Source of the DNA: Tubiluchus corallicola
Taxonomy: Eukaryota; Animalia; Priapulida
Length of the DNA: 64,000 nt
Direction of reading: 5' to 3'
Assembly: GCA_030141605.1 (NCBI GenBank)
Contig: JAQGDQ010000005.1
Coordinates: 1,488,180-1,552,179 of the forward strand
Made by a program: the position numbers and the translations under genes. This document shows, in pieces, positions 40,583-50,646 of the stretch (positions are counted from its first letter, which is position 1; every line of letters starts with the position of its first letter). Under the pieces are notes generated by a model. That model was not told the origin of the DNA, did not search any database, and was given only the letters and a program-made list of their open reading frames with translations.

Positions 40583-41766
40583 CATCTCATCATGAGCGTT
40601 TTTTAAAATTACTGTTTTTTCAGGGAACAGCAATTAGCACCATTCGGACTACAATGAAATTAAATTTATTTTACTTCCCACTGGTGAGCAGTAACATTCT
40701 AAAATTTAATGTCTTCAGTGCACATTTTTTCACACATTTGTTTCGCATTACTAAAAGTAAAAATAAAAATTATTATTATCGATTATCGTCTATGGTACAA
40801 TTGGTCGCCGTCCATTGAATCATACGTCTGGGGAGTAGGGACATAATAAGAAAATTTAAACACGTCTGTATAATTGTATATTGCATAAAGTACATTTTAT
40901 TAATTGTTTTTTATTTTATTTTTATAGGCTTTGTGCTTCATGTATTTATAAGTTTGGATCGTAATCCACATCAGTTCATCTATCTATACATCTGCGACAT
41001 CAATGCAAGAAACTTTTGGCAACAACTCCGATTCCTAGGGAAGAAGAAATCAGCACTAACCAAATTTTTTTTCAACTCTCATTATTTTATTTTTATAATC
41101 TTTCATTTAAAAAGCTGGTACAGGTACCTACTACTTTTAGGTCATTTTTCTTTTCCCATTGCTAAGTTATACAATTTTTTTGTAACTGTGATGTTAGTAT
41201 CAGTATACCATATCTTAACATTTGTTTATGAAAATAACTTTGCATCCAGCCGGTTTATGTAGTATTTAACGGGTATTGCTTTGCCAATGTACATTGTATG
41301 TATTTGTGCAAATAAAATTAAATTGTTTACCTCTTTGTGCCAGGACTCCTAATTCACTGTAATGGGTCATGCAAGTGCCAAGTTAGCAGAATCTCTTTTT
41401 AGTGTCATGGATAAAGTCACGAATTAGCGAAGATTTAGCGTATGTTCAGCTAATTATCATATAGACGGCAACACTACGCGGCGTGGGTCTCGCAAGCTCT
41501 CGCTCTTCGGGCAATAATTGTTATTTCTATCTTAGGGGTGCAGGCATAGATAAATAAATTACGTTGCGCCAACACATCGGTATGCGACGTGTTTTTAAAA
41601 TTTGCCACAAAATTCAGAATTTTTAATAAGCAGAATTAAAAAAAATATTTCTTTAAAGGTCGTTTTAGTTTATTATGAAAATTGCACCATTATTGCAGAT
41701 AACAGTTAACTTTAATCTTCACTTTGTAATAGGGTAACCCCTTTCAAATAATGGCTCAGCTTGCAC

Positions 41767-41830
41767 CACGTGTACTAGCGGATGGTGTCACTGGTGTGCC
41801 CTCTTTTCGCATTGGGATTTGGGCGATATG
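41767..41830 (+). promoter_or_regulatory. RPL3 core promoter: E-box plus polypyrimidine TCT/5'TOP initiator
   Basis: CACGTG at 41767-41772 and ccctcttttc at 41799-41808. A short 5' UTR and ATG (41828-41830) are immediately followed by a GT donor, the ATG-only first coding exon typical of RPL3. Confidence 0.8.
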
Positions 41831-44800
41831 GTATGCGTAAATTTTTATTTAAAAATCTGTTACATGGTTTTCAATGTTTTGCCATCGTATTTTATTGATA
41901 TCGCTTTATGATTTATTAAGTTACAACTGCGCTTATGTTTTAGTTAGTTTAAAATTAAATCGATTTATTATACTGCAGCAATAAGTCGTGAATTATAATT
42001 ATATTCACCAACGTACAAGATAAATACTGAAATAGATAATTTAAGAAAAAAACTGATGAATCCATATTAACCAAATAAAGTAATTGCTGCGCGACACCTT
42101 AATAGTCTTCCATCCAGGGTGTACTTTTATTAGTTTCTTATGGTAGCAGTTCAGTTTCAGGCTTTTAAAGTCAATTGCCTGTAATTCCACAGGATCCACT
42201 TCAACAATAGATGAGCAAACTCTTCTTAGTTTGCAAGATATAATTTCAATGTATTTTAACATCATACTTTCATGTTTCTTTCTGTATTGATGACTTCACT
42301 TAATTCAACTCTTCAAAAATTTGCTTGCACTTCATCATACCTATTTCAACATGTTATGCCACACTTTGGAGTTTATGTATATGGTTGCTGCATATAGGCG
42401 CTATTACACTTTCGCACCGCCTAGCTTTTTCTAGGTTATTACTAGTTTTTAGGCTCGTAAGTTATCATTCTATTATTCTTACGTCATCAGTGAATGTTTC
42501 CGCTAATCTAATTGTAATTTAATAATATATTTAGGTATAATTACCAATAATTACGCTGTATTCACAGTTCTACACCTATACAGGGCGTATCGCCATCTTG
42601 TTTGTGTGTGTAGTCATGTGACGAATTTCGTACTAGTTTATGCATTTCAGGGCATTATCAGGGCCTAGCTTAAAAGGCACGTGACACACTTTCATCTTTA
42701 CCGCATTTACGAAATAAAGAAAAAAACCTTTACTTTTTTATAATCTAATAGTAATAATACTGCAGTAATAAATAAAATTAATGATAAATAACTGCAGTGG
42801 TCTAAAATAATTTCCCGCGATACGATACAAACTCCCGTAGCTGCAACCCTAATAATCATAAATTATGCGAAGAAACTAAAAATACAGGTTAAGGGCCACA
42901 CACGTCACTGCGCGAGAGCAATTGCGCATCAGTGATGTAAACACGGTTATTCACGTGCAGCTTTTAATGGCGGCTGTAGGTAAGTAATGCATGATTTTAA
43001 TCTGATTTTAATCTGGACTTATAAAGCGCAAGAAGCAATAATATTATGGGAATATGGTGTATATTATGCCTGTTGGTCTGCTTTCTGGCCTGCAGGCGTG
43101 AAAACAACCAATAGGCCAGGAAAAGCTAGGCGGTGCGAAAGTGTAATAGCACCCTGCATATATCATCTACTGACACTTTAATCTCATTAGTTATCTGAAT
43201 GTGAGGAAAACAAGAGAATGAATAACTAATGAGATTAAAGTGTCAGTAGGTGATATACGTAGTGCTCAGTTGTGTCACTTCTCGTTTGCACATCAGGCAA
43301 AATATATTATCCTTGTACTTATTTCTATAATTACATCTGACTTCTGTCATGTTCAATCTTATGTGCAGTAGATCTGTTGTTATTTTCTGGCTACCCTGCT
43401 GAATATAGGTCCATTCTGTATTGTGCAAAAATCATAGTTTTGTACTATCTACTACTTTAAGCTGACATTTTGAGTTTATGTTACTCATAATACTATCTTT
43501 AACACTTTTCTTCCATTAGATTTTTTTCTGAGTTATTACATTTTCTGTTGATACATCTACATCATATTTTCTAGCTATCAGTTACAAATGATTAACAAAA
43601 AACAAAAGAAAAAACTCTGCAGCCACATCTGACTAGCAAAGGCCCCACAAAAGGGCAAAAAAATTTGCGTATAAATGCAGTGCTACCTACTGAAATTTTT
43701 ATTTCAATCATTGCCTTAATCTAGCTCTAAGTATGTTATTATAAATAAATATATTGCAACAGTGCAAAATAAATATTTTTTAGTCGCATCGCAAGTTTTC
43801 TGCTCCTCGACATGGTTCTATGGGCTTTACGCCTAAGAAAAGAAGTAGACGGCACAGAGGAAAAGTAAAAGCTTTCCCCAAAGATGATTCGACAAAGCCT
43901 GTTCATCTGACTGCATTTTTAGGCTACAAAGCTGGCATGACCCACATTGTTCGAGAGGTGGACAAGCCAGGATCAAGTAAGTTGTAGTTTTGAGTGTGCT
44001 AAATTTGAAAAATATACTTGGGTCATTCCGTCTCAAGTGGACCAGACCTTTAGTTGTGACCATCTCAGATTTGCTTCATACTTTTAAAACATGTTCTATA
44101 TTTTATTATTATTATTAATAATTATTAATAAATATATTATTAATGAAAGATACAGAAAACTAGCTTGATATGATTAATACTTTTTTAGTAATGAAAGGTC
44201 ATTAACTTTGTTAGTGCCTCACCAGTGTTTTTTCTCAGAACAAACTTTAATTGGCTATATCTTTCCTACCAAATTCGCTGCATGCACTTTACGTATATGT
44301 ACACATGGAAAAATTACAAAACTCAGCAATGGGCTAACAAAAATCCTAGCAAAAATGGCATTAATCGTTTATGGGCCTTCTTAGGCCATGAAGGGATACT
44401 CCTGTAAGTTTGTTTTTTATGTGAAATTTTTGTCACTTTGCTTGTTTATAGTTCATCCATGTACAAACTTTTAGAGCTAGGAGTCTTCCAAAATTAAAAA
44501 TTGTGGATTTTGCATGTATTGCGAGTCATTATAACCTGGCTCTGTTAACATGGATTAAAACATAAATAGCACCATTAGAAAGAGCATCTAAAATTTTTTA
44601 AATGCCTAAAATATTGTTGTGGCACTCTTACAAAAAACATATTTTTTGTAGTTTGAGTATGTTGTACATTTTAATTTGCCGCATATCTGAACACCAAAAA
44701 ATGTTTTCATGCTATTGCTTAGAAATATTGCGGCAGTATGAAAGCTCAAGCAGACATTTTTCCAGATTGCTACTACATAATAGCATCAGTGTTGCGGGTT

Positions 44801-47800
44801 TTGTAAGCCACTGCAGCCCGAAGTCCTTTATTAGGAGATTTATTATTTATTATTTCCTTGTCTGTAGTAATGCCATTACAATGCCTTACTTTTCTTTTTT
44901 CATTTTTTTTTTCAGTATCTTTAAAACATCAGCAGCTTTGTTAGTAATGACAACAGCCGTCAATGGTTATTATTGCCCTCATCACTACTGACGATAGTCA
45001 CTAGTCATAGATGTCTTACATTCTCATTTATGACTGCCATTGATTAAATAGTGACCACATTCTGAAAATATGCAGAGAATGCTCCTTGTATTAGTTATAA
45101 TTTATTTTAACCAAATACAAACGTTTGATTTTTCTGCAATCAGAAATGTTGACAGACTTTAACAGCTGAATAAAGGAGCCATGTGCTAGGGTTCTTGTGT
45201 AGTCTTCTCTATGGCAACCAGCTGTTCACTTTAGTAGCTTTCCAGTGCATGAAGCTAAATCAGCTGCCATGATTGTCAATTAATTTTCATAAAAAAAATA
45301 CTAAAGCCAAAAAGCACTGTAACTTAAATGACTAGATGTAACGTAAAAACCTAACTGAAAGTTTCACAGCTACTGTTAAAGCCATGCATGTACAGCATTT
45401 ACTGTCACATGACTCATGCCTGCAGTGCTTTGCATTGTCTAGCAAACGGTGTATGGGCTGTTAATCATCCATAACAAACTCTCATGTATGGCATTAATGA
45501 ATATTAAAAAATCATATTAGGAATAATATCATAACAGTATTGTTGGCTTTTGTTAATTCATAGGTGCTGTTTATATTTTAATCTGTATTGTCAGAGCCAG
45601 TTTATAACGACTTGAAATATATACAGAAATCTCAATTTTTAATTTCGGAAGATTCCTAACTCTAGTTAGCACCTGGATGAACTGTAAATTGCACATTTGA
45701 AACAAGTAAGTGATAAAGGATTTCACATAAAAAACTTAAACTTATAGGAGTATCCCTTCAGGACTTAAGGGCTGCCATTTGAATCTGGAAACAATGCCAT
45801 TTTTGCTAGGTTATTTGCCACTCTATTGCACAAAAATTTGATCACCAATTCTGAGTTTTGTAGTGGGTACGTGTGTGCACATAGAGAGTGCATTGTGTAA
45901 ATTTCAGCCCTGTAACTAGATTAGTAGTAAAGATATAGCTAATTAAAGTTTACTCTGAGAAAAATGCAATCGGAAGGCATCAAAAAAAGGTAATGACCTT
46001 TCTTCAATAATTAGTGAATAACTTCAAAACTATTAATTGTATAAATTTAATACTCATACAACTTAGCCTAGAAGTTTCAGCCAAATGCATGATGGTCACA
46101 ACTCAACCTTTTCTAAGTTTGGTCCATTGGTGACATGACCCACTTATGCTTTTGATTTGACACTCATTATAAACACACTGCATTTGAAATGGGTGCTAAT
46201 AAACTCAGCTTCAAGAAGAATGGCGCTGCTTTACATGTGGCACTTTTGGCACCTAAAATCAGCTCGGTGATTTGATACAACTTAATGCTGGGCATCAAAC
46301 GGGTGCTAGAAAAATGAGCAGATCTCAACTATCACATACTTTTCTTTTGTAAGGTGTTGATTTTAAATTCTGCAGATAATTATTATATGTGTAATATAAG
46401 AATTATTTGTGGCCTCTATTAGCATGAGTTTTTATGTTTAACTAACACTTGACTTGACTAATAGCCTTGAAAATTCATTTTCGGTGATTATCAATTTTTC
46501 AATTAACAAATGAACATTAAATTATTATCAGGTTGCTGAAATTTTTTGCCAAATTTTTCAGAAATGAACAAGAAGGAAGTTGTGGAAGCCGTAACAGTGA
46601 TTGAAACTCCACCTATGATAATAGTTGGTGTTGTTGGCTACATTGAAACACCCAAGGGTCTTCGTACTTTTAAAACCGTTTTTTCAGAGCATCTAAGTGA
46701 AGATTGTCGTCGTCGTTTTTACAAGAATTGGTAAACACATGGCTATTTTTAATCCAGATTAGTCGATTTAACAAAAATTATTTATAAAATGTATTAAATT
46801 TATTGATGGAAATCTTCTATTTCTGCTGGTCAGCATTAGTGCCCTTTTTTATTGACTGTTAAAATGCATCCTGCATTCTAATATTCAACTAATAAAGGGA
46901 ATCTGTAGTGTCTGCTGGTTTATTTAGCTATGTTGAAAGACATGACAGATAAATGATTGGCATGTATTTTTTATTTTCTTAACATGAATGGAATTGATAT
47001 GTTTATAGTGTGACAGAATTACAAATTTGGCTACACTGCTGCTGTTGTTGCTATCTGTGTATTTATACTCGGTTGTTTTCTGCAGTATTTGATTCGCTTA
47101 GCTCAGTCATTATAGCTCCTCTCGGTATTGGTCTGATGAGCTTCGTGTATATAGCACAGCCTCCGCTCTTGATGAGTATTTTCTTTGTGTGTGTATGTAT
47201 GTGTGTTCCACATGTGTCGGATAAATGTGTGCACCAATTGAAACCTCTTTCCTCTTCTCATTTTTGTTCCTTCCTGCCTACATTCCTGTCAAGATGAGGC
47301 ATTGAGCTATTTATTTTTTCAACAAACTGAAGGTATAAAGCCAAGAGAAAGGCATTTACGAAGTACTCCAAGAAGTGGCAGGAGGAACTGGGCAAAAAGG
47401 AGATTGAAAAGGATTTTGACAAAATGAAGAAATATTGCAAAGTCATTCGCGTCATTGCGCATTCGCAGGTGATTGTTAGCTTCAAGTATAGTTAGTGTGG
47501 TTCCGCAAAATTTGTTTTCAAGATTAGATATTTTACATTAAACCATTGAAAAACTACTGTTTAGGAATGTTATATTTTAAGTAAATCTAACCTTGTAATG
47601 AGCTTAATTCCATAAATTTTAATTCGAAAGATTATTCACTGTTTGACATGTATAAGAGTTAAATGCGAGTTGAGTCTATTATTTAACACAGTCCAGCTCC
47701 AAATGCTGCTTGTGGTCGGTACTTTGGCGTTATAAACTGTGGAGAGCAAGGTCTGAGAAGCAACTATGTGGCACGTTTCTGATGTGTGCCATGTTTTACA

Positions 47801-50646
47801 AATCTCATGAACAATCACAAACTTTTATCACATTCTACATTACGTCAGAGTTTTTTCTTAGACATAGTTTATTCTAAAAATAATTTATTGTAAAAATTCC
47901 ATGTTTCTACTACACACTAGCAGTCATCATCAGGAATATATAAAGAATGATTTAAAATTCAGAGCAAAGCAGAAACATAACAAAACTACTAGCGTTTGTA
48001 GAAACAATAGTCATAGAGGAAGTGCAATCTATCATTAATGATTAATTAAAGAAGCAATATGTTTAAACAACAACACGTTCTGTAGAAACACGTATAGTGT
48101 GCTGTAGAAACATTGAATTTTGCTAATAAAAAGTTGATAGAATTTATTATATAGTGGGTTGCTTATGTTAGGATTTTATTTAAGAAGTGAGTAATTATCG
48201 CAGTTTTGTTGAGGAAGAGTGTGTATTGTAATTACATTGTTATACAGATGAAGCTGCTGCACAAGAGGCAGAAGAAGGCTCATATTATGGAAATTCAGGT
48301 GAATGGTGGTACCATTGCTGAAAAGGTAGACTGGGCTCGTGAACACATGGAAAAGACCGTTCCTATTCAGTCCATTTTCACTCAAGATGAAATGATTGAT
48401 TGCATTGGTGTGACTAAAGGAAAGGGATTCAAAGGTATTTAGTCTTTCCACTTTATGGTATGCCTGTTTTCAGGCGTGCTGGTATTCTGTTTCCAGATTT
48501 CGTTCAAAAAACAGCTCGACCTATCAAGTGCTCGATTCTTGTTGTGTTTTTTTATAAAGCAAATGTTATATAAAGGGCGTCATGATGTACCTGCTAGATG
48601 GCAGACAACCTGGTTGGACGTACTGCACGATCGATTAGCAGACAGAATTTTTCATGTCTATCATTGTTTTCGCACATTCCTGCTGTAAAACCTTGGGTGT
48701 CTCTTCCCAAGTGATCACGTGAAGTTATAGTTTGCAAGATGATGAGGAAACATGGTTGTGCTTCGGCGGAAGTACTCTTATGCTTTGGCCTATGATGAAT
48801 TATCCATGCTGCCTTCCTACTGATGCAAACAAGAGTTTTTATTTTTTTACAATGAACAATAGACATTTATTATAAAAAATTTAGTTAATGACCTTGTCGT
48901 TCACAAAGGTTAACATTTTTTAGGTGTTACTTCTCGTTGGCATTGCAAGAAGTTACCGCGCAAGACGCATAAAGGTTTGCGTAAAGTTGCTTGTATTGGT
49001 GCTTGGCATCCATCACGTGTGCAGTTTACTGTAGCTCGTGCTGGACAAAAAGGATATCATCATCGCACTGAAATAAACAAGAAGATATACCGTATCGGAC
49101 AAGGTACTTTTTTATGTTAACACTTAGAAGTATTAGTATTTCTCTATATTTGAAATTTGTATTTCTCTAACAATTGTGCAAAAATGCTCTTTATTTAAGC
49201 GTACGTATATTTTTGGAAGTGGGCTAAACACACGAACTTTGTATCATCTTGTAGATCTTTTCAAATCCCACTGTAGTTTTGTTTATAATGATTATTGCCA
49301 GCTGTGTATAGTTATTTTAGCCAAAAATTCAAATTTGTGCAAAAACTGGTCCATACTTAAGCAAAATACAAAGCACCCTGCTTTGAGGTTTCAGCCAATT
49401 TCTCTACTGCACTGAAGCAATTAATATAGTACCTATTTGCAAAAAAAATCCAGTGTGCATCATGTGAAATTTGATTACCAGCTATACTTTTCTCGAGCAA
49501 ATGAGAAATGACCTTTTTCGGGTATATTGCAGAAATTTACACTACACTCTCTACTCGTGTTCTTGCATCATGGGAACTCTTTTGCCTTACTTGTTTGTCT
49601 GGTGATTAGACAAGCTCTGTCATGCGATTTTAAAACTTACTTACATTATTTGTAATGATATATATGGAGTCTACCAGCTTTCCTAGATGCATGTCTCCAC
49701 CACCTACTCCCACTACTTCAAATCTCCACGAGTAGCATGTTTGTAACTTTTGTATTGCTATTAACTTTTCGTAATTTGATTGACTAATTTGATTTCAGGT
49801 ATCCACACCAAGGATAGCAAAGTCATTAAGAATAATGCTGCAACTGAATATGATCTAACAGACAAGTCTATTACACCAATGGTACGAAATTGTTTGAACA
49901 GATACAGTTGGTACATATGAACTTCAGTACAGCTTTGATCGTTTAATTGTCAGCATGTATGATGTCTAACTTTTGGAAAATATAACTTTAATGAAACAAA
50001 ACATGGTTTGCTTTACTTTTTCTTTTCAGGGTGGTTTTCCTCATTATGGTGAGGTAAAGAATGACTTTGTTATGATCAAAGGTTGCTGCATAGGCCCCAA
50101 GAAACGTGTCATTACTCTTCGCAAGGTAAATGTTTGCTAGCTAGACGATTATTGTTCATTTTCTCAAGTTGTGTATTTCTACTCAAATGTAGGTTAATGT
50201 CGAGTCTTGCATGGTTGGTAATTTATTTAACATAAAATTTTAACTAAACCTTAGAAAACATGCCAGTTTGCTGATGATTAGAAAATGAAATAAAATCTGC
50301 TGTTTACATACTGAAGCTTATGCTGAGTAACGTTTTAACTGAAGCATTAACTGGCTGTTACTGTAAACAATATTTTTATTTGATATACTTAACCGGTTGT
50401 TGCTTATTTTATTGTTTGCAAATTAACTTAATTTTTTTAAGCTCATATTCGATAAAAAATTGCTTTGCACCTTTTCAGTCGCTGCTAGTACAAACCAAAC
50501 GAGCTGCTCTAGAGAAAATCAATCTGAAGTTTATTGATACAGCTAGCAAGTTTGGACATGGCCGTTTCCAAAACCATGAAGAGAAGCAAACCTTTATGGG
50601 ACCACTGAAGAAAGATAAAATGAAAGAGGAAGGACAAGTTGCTTAA
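41828..50646 (+). CDS. RPL3: 60S ribosomal protein L3 (uL3), 9 exons, 404 aa
   Basis: Exons 41828-41830, 43784-43976, 46562-46730, 47333-47468, 48248-48434, 48924-49103, 49799-49881, 50030-50125 and 50479-50646 total 1215 nt. They read [13 protein letters not shown]...[18 protein letters not shown]...[16 protein letters not shown]...[21 protein letters not shown] at 50724-50729. Confidence 0.98.
43243..43560 (-). mobile_element. Decayed non-LTR retrotransposon C-terminal zinc-finger fragment in RPL3 intron 1
   Basis: [26 protein letters not shown] is the same motif family as the fragment at 54844-55182. Confidence 0.55.
44020..46141. mobile_element. Non-autonomous foldback DNA transposon with imperfect inverted arms of about 560-600 bp in RPL3 intron 2
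   Basis: Termini gggtcat ... atgaccc. Collinear inverted blocks include agttgtgaccatc/gatggtcacaact, gaaaggtcatta/taatgacctttc, cctagcaaaaatggcatt/aatgccatttttgctagg and tgaagggatactcct/aggagtatcccttca. Arms span about 44020-44575 and 45563-46141. Confidence 0.8.
47686..47816 (+). ncRNA. Box H/ACA snoRNA in RPL3 intron 4; predicted guide for the 28S pseudouridine in AACG(Psi)GAGCUGG (snR37/SNORA10 site)
   Basis: 5' hairpin with lower stem cacagt/actgtg and upper stem ccaaa/tttgg, H box AGAGCA at 47743-47748, 3' hairpin (tgaga/tctca and atgtggcac/gtgccatgt), and ACA at 47811-47813; 131 nt in total. Pocket strands (t)ccagct and cgtt pair with conserved 28S GGGAACG-UG-AGCUGGG, and the upper stem is 15 nt from the H box. 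Confidence 0.8.
48730..48830 (+). ncRNA. SNORD83: Box C/D snoRNA, SNORD83 (U83)-like, in RPL3 intron 5
   Basis: Terminal stem gtttgca/tgcaaac, C box ATGATGA at 48739, C' ATGATGA at 48792 and D box CTGA at 48820. The guide tgctgccttcct is complementary to 18S AGGAAGGCAGCA; D+5 selects the A equivalent to human Am468/yeast Am420. Human SNORD83A/B also lie in RPL3 introns. Confidence 0.9.
50262..50355 (+). ncRNA. Box C/D snoRNA in RPL3 intron 8; predicted 28S Um guide (CCAUG-Um-GAACAGCAG)
   Basis: Flanking stem gccagtt/aactggc, C box TGATGA at 50272, D' CTGA at 50311, C' ATGCTGA at 50320 and D box CTGA at 50339. The D' guide ctgctgtttacat pairs over 13 nt with conserved 28S AUGUGAACAGCAG, including one G-U. 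Confidence 0.85.

Noticed and set aside
40366-40818. 150-aa ORF with a poly-isoleucine run
   Set aside because: Artefact of the (ATT)n LINE tail; no protein features.
47133-47180. CTGATGAG as a hammerhead ribozyme core
   Set aside because: No GAAA after the putative stem II, and no stem I/III with a cleavage triplet.
49955-50005. ATGATGT...ATGA with catgt/acatg stem in RPL3 intron 7 as a C/D snoRNA
   Set aside because: Only about 50 nt long, with degenerate boxes and no rRNA-complementary guide.
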